The notes below the pieces were generated by a model. That model saw nothing but the letters and a program-made list of their open reading frames with translations. It searched no databases and was not told where the DNA came from. Below, piece after piece: positions 49,418 through 57,975 of a stretch of DNA of 64,000 nucleotides. The translations under genes and the position numbers were made by a program. Source of the stretch: a virus. Position 1 is the stretch's first letter, and each line of letters opens with the position of its first letter. The DNA is taken from positions 1-64,000 of the IMG/VR virus record IMGVR_UViG_3300025778_000010; one strand, given 5' to 3'.

Positions 49418-51352
49418 TCAGTTTTGACCAATATCAACAATTTCACATTCTCCAGATACGCAAGCTAATGCTTGTGTCCCTGTAGTACTATCTTCAAGTT
49501 CATACATTGACAAAGCAGCCCAATTAATTGATTTTGGCATCTTTGCAACCATTTCTTCATATGCAGCCTTATTAACTTCTTGATAAGGAGCTTGTACATA
49601 AGTATGTTCTGAATATGGCAAAAATGAAATTCCTGAGCATTCATCAAAATGCTTGTACACCCAAGCACCTACTTCCATCCACTCATCTTCTTTTACAGAA
49701 ATTGTTACAGATGGCTTATGTTCGCACCAATGGCGTTGGTAAACAAGCCAAATTTCAAGTTGTTCTAATGCTGAAACTTTATCTCTTGTAATAGCATTTT
49801 TTGGTGCTTTTACTGGAAATGAAAATACAGTAGTAGCGTCTGGTTTCATTACATCATCTTCTGCAGGAATACCTGAATCTTGTAAGAACTGGGTGATAGG
49901 ATCTTTCTTGTCACCACGAACTGTGCGAATATAATACTCTGAATGCCATGCATGCATTCCTGAAGACACCCCGACCAATTGAGATACTGTGCCCGAAGGC
50001 TTAACGCAAGTAATTGCTGCTGAGGCGGGAATCCCAATTTTCTCTGCCTCTTCAATATTTGTTGTAACTGCATATTCACGAAGTCTGCTTAAAACATCTC
50101 CGAGTTTATCTAATCCTTCTTGTCCAGAAAAGAACTTATGTCCAAACTGTCCAGTAAGAGAAACTCCTAATAAACGCTCTTCTTCTGTATTGTCTTTCCA
50201 AATTTTACGAATGTACTTAAAGTCTGTAAGAGTTGATTGCCATGTCCCAAGAATTGTTGCAAGACGGACTTTATTAGCAACATCTTCAACTGTATCTTTT
50301 TCACGAAGTACGACTTCTGAAAGATTACAAAACTGGTAAGGACGTAAAATAATTTCTGAGCAAGGGTTAGTTCCATAGTGAATATCTGCACTACGTCTTC
50401 CGTACTTTGCTGCTTGAGCTTGGGCTGCTGCCACATTGTAGATACCTCTTTCGCCCGACTTTGAATCATATAAAGACTTCCATTCTGAAATAAATTGTGC
50501 CATCTCTGGTTTGCGAGAATAAGCAACAGAGTTATTTGATAAAGCACGTTGGGCATTTGATTCCCACCAGTTACCAGCTTTTGCTGCTGCCATTTCAATA
50601 TCATTAATATTAGAAAGAGAAATTAATGCTGAACGACGAACTCCTCCAACAACTACAACTTCTCCAATTTTACACATTATGTCATGAGCTTCAATTGGCT
50701 TAAGTTGACGACCAAGTGCTCCTTTAAAAACTTTAATTGTAAAATCAAAAAGATTAACTAATGGTTGTGGTCCTGAAGATCTTCCTCCCATTGTCTTTAA
50801 GCGAGCACCTGAAGGACGAACTTTACTTATATCAACTTGAGGAATATGTCCTGCCCATAAAAGTCCAAGGAGTTCACGATAAGCTTTAGCCCAACCTTCT
50901 TTTGAATCACTAACAATAATTGTTGTGTTTGATTTGTCTAATGTTTCTGGAAGAACGGGGAGTTTATTAACATATTTATATTCAACAGAAAAACCAACAC
51001 CAGTGCCACACATAAGAATATACATTGCTTCATCAAATGATCTAGGATTATCAACTGGAATAAATGAACAATTATATCCAGCAACATTTTCTCTTTCTAG
51101 TGCTGGACCAGCAGTCATAATAGAACGCATAGATGGCATTACATTACGATTAAATACTGCATCACGTAACTCTGCAACAATCTTTGGGTCAGGAGAATAA
51201 TTATTATTTTCTTTTAACTTTGAGACCATAAAGTTAAAGTAACGATCTACTGTTTCACCCCATGTCTCACGACGATTTTCGTGTTCTAACCATCTTGCAT
51301 ATCGAGATAAAGCAATAAAATTTTCATATGGATTTTCGATAGTATTAGACAT
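49418..51352 (-). CDS. nrdJ: class II (adenosylcobalamin-dependent) ribonucleoside-triphosphate reductase
   Basis: MPSMR, YNCSF, GTGVGFSVE, GGVRRSA, TNPCSEI, CVKPSGTVS and C-terminal ACVSGECE; no beta subunit nearby. Confidence 0.92.
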   Translation of the reverse strand: MSNTIENPYENFIALSRYARWLEHENRRETWGETVDRYFNFMVSKLKENNNYSPDPKIVAELRDAVFNRNVMPSMRSIMTAGPALERENVAGYNCSFIPVDNPRSFDEAMYILMCGTGVGFSVEYKYVNKLPVLPETLDKSNTTIIVSDSKEGWAKAYRELLGLLWAGHIPQVDISKVRPSGARLKTMGGRSSGPQPLVNLFDFTIKVFKGALGRQLKPIEAHDIMCKIGEVVVVGGVRRSALISLSNINDIEMAAAKAGNWWESNAQRALSNNSVAYSRKPEMAQFISEWKSLYDSKSGERGIYNVAAAQAQAAKYGRRSADIHYGTNPCSEIILRPYQFCNLSEVVLREKDTVEDVANKVRLATILGTWQSTLTDFKYIRKIWKDNTEEERLLGVSLTGQFGHKFFSGQEGLDKLGDVLSRLREYAVTTNIEEAEKIGIPASAAITCVKPSGTVSQLVGVSSGMHAWHSEYYIRTVRGDKKDPITQFLQDSGIPAEDDVMKPDATTVFSFPVKAPKNAITRDKVSALEQLEIWLVYQRHWCEHKPSVTISVKEDEWMEVGAWVYKHFDECSGISFLPYSEHTYVQAPYQEVNKAAYEEMVAKMPKSINWAALSMYELEDSTTGTQALACVSGECEIVDIGQN

Positions 51353-51401
51353 TGGTTCTCCTAGTTAGATTGAATTTAGAACTTAATTGTAGCACATTTT
51401 T

Positions 51402-52406
51402 TTAATTGAAATATTGCTTTTCAATTTCTTGAAGCCTTTTAATAGCTGGCTTAGAAACTTTTTCCCAGTTGTAATCTTTATGAATTAAAAATGCATTTTT
51501 ATAAGTTTGTTCTGCATATTTTTCATAATTTTTTACAACATCTTTCATGTAAAATTTTAAATCATCATATTTTGGTTTTAACATAGAGCCAGGGTGAGTT
51601 TGTTGCCAAGGAGATGGGTGCCAATCTGAATCTAATGGCATAATGATAAATCTTTTATATGTTGCCCAGCCTTCGGTGCAGATAGTTGGCATTCCTGAAG
51701 CCATTGATTGTAAAGGGTTAAAACCAAAACCTTCTCCCCAAGATGGATAAACAAATACATCACATAAATCGTATAGACCTTTCATTTGTTCTACCGATAA
51801 AAATGATTCAATAATTTTAATATTTTTATAAAATGCATTTGGTGAACCAATTACTGCTTTTGTAACTGGGTCAAAAATTTTTGTTGTATTTAAATTGCTG
51901 CATTTTAAAACAAGCTCGTAATTTGGATCATCGCCATATAGTTCAATAAAAGCGTTGACTACTGATTGAGCATCTTTTCGAACTGCTGGCTCACCAATAT
52001 GTAAAAATCTAAAAGGGCGGGAAGGATCTAAAACTCTTTTCTTAGGAATCCATTCATCTTCAATACCATGCTCATATACAAATACAGGAGTTGTAGTTTT
52101 AGATCTATATATTTGAGCTACCCATTCAGATGTTGCCCAAATTTCATTACACACTTTATTAAAAATATGATCCCAGCCAACATAAAGATCTGTTGATTCC
52201 CATGGGGTGTATCCGATTTTAAATTGATTTAATCCAAATTTATAATCTTGTGGTTGAGAAAATGCTATACCAATATTTGGTTTTGCAGAATTAATTAAAC
52301 ATTCAATTCCATTTTTAGTAAATTCATTATATACGTGAAATGATGCTTCACCATAGCCTACATTGCGATCCATATACTCTGGAGCACCAGTAAAAGATAC
52401 TTTCAT
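51402..52406 (-). CDS. glycosyltransferase family 4 (GT-B)
   Basis: RK motif and FVYPSWGEGFGFNPLQSMASGMP; start 52406 (MKVSFTG). Confidence 0.88.
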   Translation of the reverse strand: MKVSFTGAPEYMDRNVGYGEASFHVYNEFTKNGIECLINSAKPNIGIAFSQPQDYKFGLNQFKIGYTPWESTDLYVGWDHIFNKVCNEIWATSEWVAQIYRSKTTTPVFVYEHGIEDEWIPKKRVLDPSRPFRFLHIGEPAVRKDAQSVVNAFIELYGDDPNYELVLKCSNLNTTKIFDPVTKAVIGSPNAFYKNIKIIESFLSVEQMKGLYDLCDVFVYPSWGEGFGFNPLQSMASGMPTICTEGWATYKRFIIMPLDSDWHPSPWQQTHPGSMLKPKYDDLKFYMKDVVKNYEKYAEQTYKNAFLIHKDYNWEKVSKPAIKRLQEIEKQYFN

Positions 52407-52429
52407 TGATTTCCTGACTTGTTTTTCCC

Positions 52430-52447
52430 AGTATATCATGATACGAT
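52430..52447. promoter_or_regulatory. back-to-back divergent extended -10 promoters
   Basis: TGATATACT on minus (52438-52430) and TGATACGAT on plus (52439-52447) at the strand switch. Confidence 0.55.
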
Positions 52448-52481
52448 AGATTTTACTACTCTTTCCTCAAGGAGGTTCAAA

Positions 52482-53165
52482 ATGAACAATGAGAACAAAA
52501 CAAGGATAAGAACAGCATGGGTAATGATTGGTGTGAGTATTATCACAATGATTTTTGGCATCAATCCCGCACATGCAGCACAAATGCAAGAAGCAATAGT
52601 GTATAATAAAAATATATTATATATTAATAAATATACTAATTTAGTTAATATTAAAAATATTATTAATATAGATATATTAAATAATAATAAAGAAAAAAAC
52701 AGTAACACAGATTATTTAATTAATGATCTGTCTTCTGGAAAAACTTTTTTAATGCCCGCTTATAGCATCAAGCTAAATTTAAATCAAAGAGTAGATCAGC
52801 GAGTAATAATTTCAAGACTAGCAAATGCAATCAAGTCAGTGGAAACTGGCGGGGTTAACGCATATTATCGCAAGTCTTATTCCAGTAGTGCATGTGGTGC
52901 CTATCAGTACATGCAAGATACGTGGAACAACTTTATGGGATATAAGAGTGCATGCGATGCACCAGAATGGGTACAGGATCAACGTATGATTGCCGAACTA
53001 AAATCGTCATATAAAACTTACGGTTCTTGGCCCGCTGCCGTCGCAGCCCATCTTTGCCCATCAAGGGCGGGCAATGTAAAGACTTGGTTCAAACCAGTAC
53101 CAGGCAATCCTACTGTCTTCCAATACGTCTCAAGTATTTTTCAACAGGCAAATATCGCATTCTGA
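52482..53165 (+). CDS. exported lytic transglycosylase / lysozyme-like protein
   Basis: GGAGGT SD; N-terminal TM/signal; AIKSVETGG...SSACGAYQYM..TW...AP..VQD motif. Confidence 0.78.
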   Translation: MNNENKTRIRTAWVMIGVSIITMIFGINPAHAAQMQEAIVYNKNILYINKYTNLVNIKNIINIDILNNNKEKNSNTDYLINDLSSGKTFLMPAYSIKLNLNQRVDQRVIISRLANAIKSVETGGVNAYYRKSYSSSACGAYQYMQDTWNNFMGYKSACDAPEWVQDQRMIAELKSSYKTYGSWPAAVAAHLCPSRAGNVKTWFKPVPGNPTVFQYVSSIFQQANIAF

Positions 53166-53401
53166 TGAAGATACAAGTCTTTTCTCAGTATTACAATTTG
53201 GCTAGGGCAGGCAAAGTTAAACCTTTGTACTGCCCTAATCATCAAAGTGAGTATGCTCACAACGATGGGTACCTTTATTGGCTAGTTCACAAAATGGTAA
53301 GTGAAGATATCGTGTTATACTGTACAGCATGTGGGTATGAACAAAAAGCAGGCCTACAACTTTACGAAAACATTTTAAAGGAGATAGTCAATGTCACATG
53401 A
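53165..53401 (+). CDS. small zinc-binding protein
   Basis: TGATG overlap start; CPNH...CTAC. Confidence 0.65.
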   Translation: MKIQVFSQYYNLARAGKVKPLYCPNHQSEYAHNDGYLYWLVHKMVSEDIVLYCTACGYEQKAGLQLYENILKEIVNVT

Positions 53402-53870
53402 ACCAGTTGTTGGAGATTACTTTGTAGTACATACTACAGGTTGGGCAGCAAAGTTAATTCAATTAGGTACATGGTCTAAATGGAATCATGCTGGAATCTA
53501 TATTGGCGATGGCAAAATTATTGAGGCCCGTCCGACGGGAGTTTCAATTCAAAATCTTTCAAAGTATGATGGCAAGCCACTTATGTGGAGCGATGAACCA
53601 TCTTTAACAGAAGATCAAAGACATAATATTGTAGAATTTGCAAAACATTTTGAACATTTTAAATATGGCGTTTGGTCAATTATTGCTCTTGGCTTTAAGT
53701 GCCTTGGAATTAGCTTATTTCCTGCTGTAAAGAGAGCTGAAGCTGAGAATAGCGTTATCTGCTCACAACTAGTAGCCTGGACCTATTCGCACGTAGGAAT
53801 TAAGCTTTCAGTTAAACAACATGCTTTAGTAACACCTAAAGATTTGGCCGAACGATTGAGCCGAAAGTAG
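53391..53870 (+). CDS. permuted papain-like NlpC/P60 (YiiX/YebB-like) protein
   Basis: WNHAGIYIG..IIEA...ICSQLV...VTP motifs. Confidence 0.8.
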   Translation: MSHEPVVGDYFVVHTTGWAAKLIQLGTWSKWNHAGIYIGDGKIIEARPTGVSIQNLSKYDGKPLMWSDEPSLTEDQRHNIVEFAKHFEHFKYGVWSIIALGFKCLGISLFPAVKRAEAENSVICSQLVAWTYSHVGIKLSVKQHALVTPKDLAERLSRK

Positions 53871-53876
53871 GATCTC

Positions 53877-54389
53877 ATGGATTTTCTACCTATAGTTGAA
53901 GGTAGGTCCTGCGGGGACTGTACAAAATGCTGTGAAGGGCATTTGAGGGCTGATATCAACCTAAAAGATGGAACCCCTACAGTCTGGATGGGTATAGATG
54001 AGGTTGGTCGTAAACCTTGTGCATTTGTAAAAGTTGGAGAAGGATGCACAGTATATGAAAAGCGTCCTGATAGCCCTTGTGCAATATTTAGATGCGACTG
54101 GTTAACAAATCCCGATATGCCTGAATCATTTAAACCGTCAAGAAGTAATTCTATATTTACTACTCGGTCAGTACGTGGAGTTCAATACACAAAATTGATT
54201 GAGGCGGGACGGAAACTGGATTCAGAAGTACTATCTTGGGCATTTGAGTATTATATGGGCAATGCACTCAATTTTTCTTGGAATGTGCTCGAAAATATTT
54301 TTTGGCTCGGATCAGAAGAATTTAATAATATGATGGAAGAAGATTATCCTTTGCTGGCTAATCCTGGACATGGCAAAGATTCGCATTGA
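53877..54389 (+). CDS. YkgJ-like CxxCxxCC cysteine-cluster protein
   Basis: CGDCTKCC...CAF...GCTVYEKRP..PC..FRC.WL. Confidence 0.78.
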   Translation: MDFLPIVEGRSCGDCTKCCEGHLRADINLKDGTPTVWMGIDEVGRKPCAFVKVGEGCTVYEKRPDSPCAIFRCDWLTNPDMPESFKPSRSNSIFTTRSVRGVQYTKLIEAGRKLDSEVLSWAFEYYMGNALNFSWNVLENIFWLGSEEFNNMMEEDYPLLANPGHGKDSH

Positions 54390-54615
54390 AAGAGCTTATA
54401 TCGAGCCTCATGACAAGTATGAAGATAATTTTGCCATTACTTTAGAGATAAAAGATGGAAAAGATTTAATTTTGGTGGGGAAGATAGATTTGGATAATCC
54501 CAAGCCTTGGCTATATACTATGAATAACGAAGATAATGATCTAGTGATCAATAATTCGGCGGGAATGGAAGCCAACAAATGGGATTATATAACCAAGGAG
54601 ATATTAGGTGGGTAA
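54370..54615 (+). CDS. hypothetical protein
   Basis: 81 aa, overlapping operon-like arrangement. Confidence 0.6.
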   Translation: MAKIRIERAYIEPHDKYEDNFAITLEIKDGKDLILVGKIDLDNPKPWLYTMNNEDNDLVINNSAGMEANKWDYITKEILGG

Positions 54616-54841
54616 TTTGGGGGAAGAGATTATAAACCAGGAAGCCTTTGATATATTAGTTAATATGAGAGAGCTATTAGGGGCTATATTTATTCAAAGC
54701 CAGAGGAATTATGATATGTTGTCCATTATTGCTGATAAGCTAGGTGCTGATGCTACTGCTTTGACTAAATTGCACGAATCTGGACAGATTCTAGCTCCCG
54801 CCCCATCTTTTGTATTTGAAGAAGATGAAGAAAATGCCTAA
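54608..54841 (+). CDS. hypothetical protein
   Basis: 77 aa, acidic C-terminus, GGAG SD. Confidence 0.6.
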   Translation: MGNLGEEIINQEAFDILVNMRELLGAIFIQSQRNYDMLSIIADKLGADATALTKLHESGQILAPAPSFVFEEDEENA

Positions 54842-54956
54842 AAGATATTTTTTAAAACACGCTAAGCAGATACACTATCGTGATCTGCCTCGTTTTCAGA
54901 AGATCTCATCTTTTGAACGCATGATAAACAAAATCGCAAAGTTTTTCCATCTTTAA
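54834..54956 (+). CDS. small basic hypothetical protein (40 aa)
   Basis: MPKRYFLKHAKQIHYRDLPRFQKISSFERMINKIAKFFHL; overlaps the upstream stop. Confidence 0.45.
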   Translation: MPKRYFLKHAKQIHYRDLPRFQKISSFERMINKIAKFFHL

Positions 54957-54997
54957 TACTTAAAAATCTAGCTTTAAAATAACCACATCTGTTACAA

Positions 54998-55666
54998 TTA
55001 TTTGTTTCTTGAGATAAAGTCATTTAAGATAGCCTCCGTTGCTGTTAATCCAAATCTTGTAGCTCCTGCATCATATAATTCTAGTAAATAATCTAAACTT
55101 CTGATCTTCCCCGCAGCTTTTACCTCTACTTTTTCAGATACCGACTCTTTCATGAGCTTAATATGCTCAACTTTAGCACCTTCAGGAGCATATCCTGTTG
55201 AAGTTTTCACAAAATTAGCTCCAGCTTGCTCAGATAACCAGCATCCTTGCTCAATTTCTTCATCTGTAAGGTATGCAGTCTCTAAAATTACCTTTAAAGG
55301 TCTCATTTCTACTGCTTGCTTTACAGTTTCAATGTCTTTTACCACCACATCATACTGTTTTGACTTCAATGCAGCGATATTTAAGACCATATCAAACTCA
55401 TCTGCTCCATGCATTACCGCAATTTTAGCTTCTAACATCTTTACTTCATGAGTATTATAGCCAAAAGGAAATCCAATGACTGTTCCAATTTGTAAACTAC
55501 TCGATTGACTGAGATTTTTTGCAAATTGTACATGTGTTGGTCTTACCATTGCTAATTTTACACCATATCTTAAGGCCAAATTAATGCCTTCTGCAATTTC
55601 ATACTCAGTTAAAGTAGGTTGTAGCAATGAATGGTCAATCATATTTGCTAATTGTGTGTAATTCAA
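54998..55666 (-). CDS. deoC: deoxyribose-phosphate aldolase
   Basis: IDHSLL, TVIGFPFG, GADEFDMV, LKVILET, FVKTSTG (Schiff-base Lys), VKAAG, GATRFG. Confidence 0.92.
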   Translation of the reverse strand: MNYTQLANMIDHSLLQPTLTEYEIAEGINLALRYGVKLAMVRPTHVQFAKNLSQSSSLQIGTVIGFPFGYNTHEVKMLEAKIAVMHGADEFDMVLNIAALKSKQYDVVVKDIETVKQAVEMRPLKVILETAYLTDEEIEQGCWLSEQAGANFVKTSTGYAPEGAKVEHIKLMKESVSEKVEVKAAGKIRSLDYLLELYDAGATRFGLTATEAILNDFISRNK

Positions 55667-56218
55667 TTAATATCTTTCTAATGTAGTAGGATTTAAGTTC
55701 TTAATTTGGTCATTTGACCAACCAGTATAAATCATACCAGCTCGGGGAGCTTCTAATGTAATAACTCCATGTTTCCATCCTTCAGGAATATAGATTACAT
55801 CTCCTGGTTCCATAATATACTTAACTTCCTTGCCATTTTCTATAACTGTCCATAATGCTTTTCCTATGCAATTCCAGTGAATTTGCTTACCAGGATCAAC
55901 ATGCATAAAAAGTCCCGACCCATGCTCTGTTGTTTGAGAATAGATCATTACTGGTTCGTTCCAAAGATAGAGTCCAAAAGCTTTGAGCATTGCATCCTCA
56001 AATTCTTTAAACCCATTAAAGGCATAAAGCATAGGAAGCTTTTCTCCAGTGTAGTAAATTGTCAAAAATTCATTTTCTTTTCTAAGCTTACTTTTTGGTA
56101 CCATCTGACTGCTTTTTACAAAAGTTTCAAAATTAGGCACAACAGGAAAAGCGTTCTTAAAATGAACAACTTTGTCGTCTTCTAATCTTGCTTGTTTCAT
56201 TCTTTCTATAAAACTCAT
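55667..56218 (-). CDS. cupin/JmjC-like Fe(II) oxygenase
   Basis: H-x-D (MHVD) and MEPGDVIYIPEGWKH; leaderless start. Confidence 0.75.
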   Translation of the reverse strand: MSFIERMKQARLEDDKVVHFKNAFPVVPNFETFVKSSQMVPKSKLRKENEFLTIYYTGEKLPMLYAFNGFKEFEDAMLKAFGLYLWNEPVMIYSQTTEHGSGLFMHVDPGKQIHWNCIGKALWTVIENGKEVKYIMEPGDVIYIPEGWKHGVITLEAPRAGMIYTGWSNDQIKNLNPTTLERY

Positions 56219-56454
56219 ATGCTATATTGTAGCACATTTCCACCAATTTTTTACAATGTAACGTGTATCACACTAAATTAGATTTGATCAAAATGTTAAT
56301 GGATTTTTAAAATGCATGATTCACTTTTAAAAACAAAAAATCAAATTTGAATAGTGCGCCCGAAATGTCCAAATTGCCCTGGTATGTACCCTAAAGATGT
56401 GGTCTATCTCACAAAGTTTTTTTAAAAGATGTCCGATTTGTACGCATTTTGGAG

Positions 56455-56483
56455 TTGAAAATGTCAGTGGTGTGTGTTATAGT
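56455..56483 (+). promoter_or_regulatory. sigma70-type promoter with TGTCAG spacer motif (first of 10 copies)
   Basis: TTGAAA-17-TATAGT with TG extension; other copies start at 56799, 57423, 58867, 59392, 59970, 60519, 61050, 61693, 63222. Confidence 0.75.
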
Positions 56484-56539
56484 TACACTATAAGAAATTA
56501 ACAAAGGTTGTTAGTTTAACTTAAAGAAAGGAAGTCAAA

Positions 56540-56764
56540 ATGACTTCACTAAATAACTACTATAATGAAATCCGTATGGATATTGCTAAAGATTTTGGTC
56601 TAGAGGCAGGTGGCTATGCTCCCCGCCCTAAGTTAATGCCTATCACTATCGCTCAGCGTATTAACGCTAAGTATCCTAGTGTAGATAATGGCTCTCGTTG
56701 GGGTCAGCCTAATCCAAAGGCTATCCTAATCGCTAAGCGTTATCACGCTCTGTTTGTGGCGTAA
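56540..56764 (+). CDS. hypothetical early protein
   Basis: AAAGGAAG SD, 74 aa, first ORF after the promoter. Confidence 0.7.
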   Translation: MTSLNNYYNEIRMDIAKDFGLEAGGYAPRPKLMPITIAQRINAKYPSVDNGSRWGQPNPKAILIAKRYHALFVA

Positions 56765-56850
56765 GTCACAATCACGGCACGGCGTGTCGAGTTGATTTTG
56801 TCAGCCCTATCTGATAGACTTCCAGTCATACAAATTAAATAAAGAAAAAT

Positions 56851-56924
56851 CCTAGTTGAGCCTCTGAGCCTTAGCAAATAATCCGAAAGGTGAGCCTAAG
56901 CAAATAAGAGCAAATAACACTAGG
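56851..56924 (+). ncRNA. candidate structured RNA with three TGAGCC/GCAAATAA modules
   Basis: CCTAGT/ACTAGG closing stem, CC-GAAA-GG hairpin, triplicated motif; downstream of the promoter at 56792-56820. Confidence 0.45.
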
Positions 56925-56975
56925 CAAGGAAAGATAGATAAAAGGTTTATCTATAAAAAAAGAAAGGTGACTAAT

Positions 56976-57122
56976 ATGTCATACTCATTCGATAATAATA
57001 ATAAAGACCGTTGGTCAGAACTAGCAGACAATTATCAATCAATGCTAGATGAACTAGCAGAATCAGAATCAGAATCTGTATTTATCCCCGTACCTGCGTT
57101 TGATGTAGACGAGGTGCTCTAA
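56976..57122 (+). CDS. small acidic hypothetical protein (48 aa)
   Basis: GAAAGGTGA SD; MSYSFDNNNKDRWSELADNYQSMLDELAESESESVFIPVPAFDVDEVL. Confidence 0.65.
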   Translation: MSYSFDNNNKDRWSELADNYQSMLDELAESESESVFIPVPAFDVDEVL

Positions 57123-57215
57123 TGACTATAAATAGTTTAACTCTCATTTCACTATTGCTAGTGTCGTACCTATCTGCTAAACTACTAACCGATAAAGAAT
57201 GGGGAAAGAATAAAA

Positions 57216-57422
57216 ATGAAAACTAAGATTATCGTACTAGGATTAGCACTCGCTCTAATTCCCGCCGTTGCTAACGCTCGTGGCACAAGCCATCATTCTT
57301 ATAGCCTGTCTAGTGTAGGTCGCTACACTTATCACTATCACAAGCCTAGCCATATCTATTGCCCATATCAAGGCTGTAAAAAATCGTTCTCTAGTTTCAC
57401 TAGCACTAGTGGCGGAAACTAA
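57216..57422 (+). CDS. small exported His/Cys-containing protein
   Basis: signal-peptide-like MKTKIIVLGLALALIPAVANA. Confidence 0.55.
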   Translation: MKTKIIVLGLALALIPAVANARGTSHHSYSLSSVGRYTYHYHKPSHIYCPYQGCKKSFSSFTSTSGGN

Positions 57423-57479
57423 TGTCAGTGGTCTATGGTAGACTACTATTAACAACAACAAGAAAAGGAAAATAAATAA

Positions 57480-57644
57480 ATGACAATCGAAAATCGTACT
57501 TACCAAATCGGTGACCTATTCACCACACAACGCTCAAAGGTAACAGGAACAATTAAGGAAATTGTAAATGTAAAGCCTAACCAATCTCGTGTGAAGTTGG
57601 AAGTTGACGGCAAAGACCGCTGGACAACTGTCACAATCAAGTAA
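57480..57644 (+). CDS. small beta-barrel-like protein, paralog 1 (54 aa)
   Basis: AAAGGAA SD; MTIENRTYQIGDLFTTQRSKVTGTIKEI...; not in the ORF track. Confidence 0.8.
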   Translation: MTIENRTYQIGDLFTTQRSKVTGTIKEIVNVKPNQSRVKLEVDGKDRWTTVTIK

Positions 57645-57723
57645 AGTTTAGCAAATCGCTAAACGACCTGAGCAAGTCGGAAAAAGGCTCAACTAATACC
57701 CAACAAAGAAAAGGAAAAAAAGA

Positions 57724-57894
57724 ATGACACTACACGGATACACTTATCAAATCGGAGATTTATTCACCACATCAAAGACAGGCGTAACTGGACGAATTAA
57801 CTCGTTCTCTCCTGTATCAAATAAAGTAACTCGTGTTGGTCTAACTTTAGCAAATGGCTCAAAGCGTATTGCTATGGTAAAGACAACGAAGTAA
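57724..57894 (+). CDS. small beta-barrel-like protein, paralog 2 (56 aa)
   Basis: AAAGGAA SD; MTLHGYTYQIGDLFTTSKTGVTGRINSF... Confidence 0.8.
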   Translation: MTLHGYTYQIGDLFTTSKTGVTGRINSFSPVSNKVTRVGLTLANGSKRIAMVKTTK

Positions 57895-57975
57895 AAATAA
57901 AATAAGTTTAGGCGGGACTGCACACTAATAACGACACTCCCGCCTAATTCACAAAACACGAAAGGAAAACTAATT

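Noticed and set aside
212-52708. Numerous short opposite-strand or alternate-frame ORFs in the track (e.g. 212..469, 14453..14746, 20236..20550, 26817..27053, 49989..50339)
   Set aside because: They lie within long genes with clear motifs, lack RBSs and are explained as codon-bias shadows
57664-57691. Hammerhead ribozyme (CTGA...GAAA)
   Set aside because: The core reads CTGAGCA rather than CTGANGA and the three required stems cannot be built
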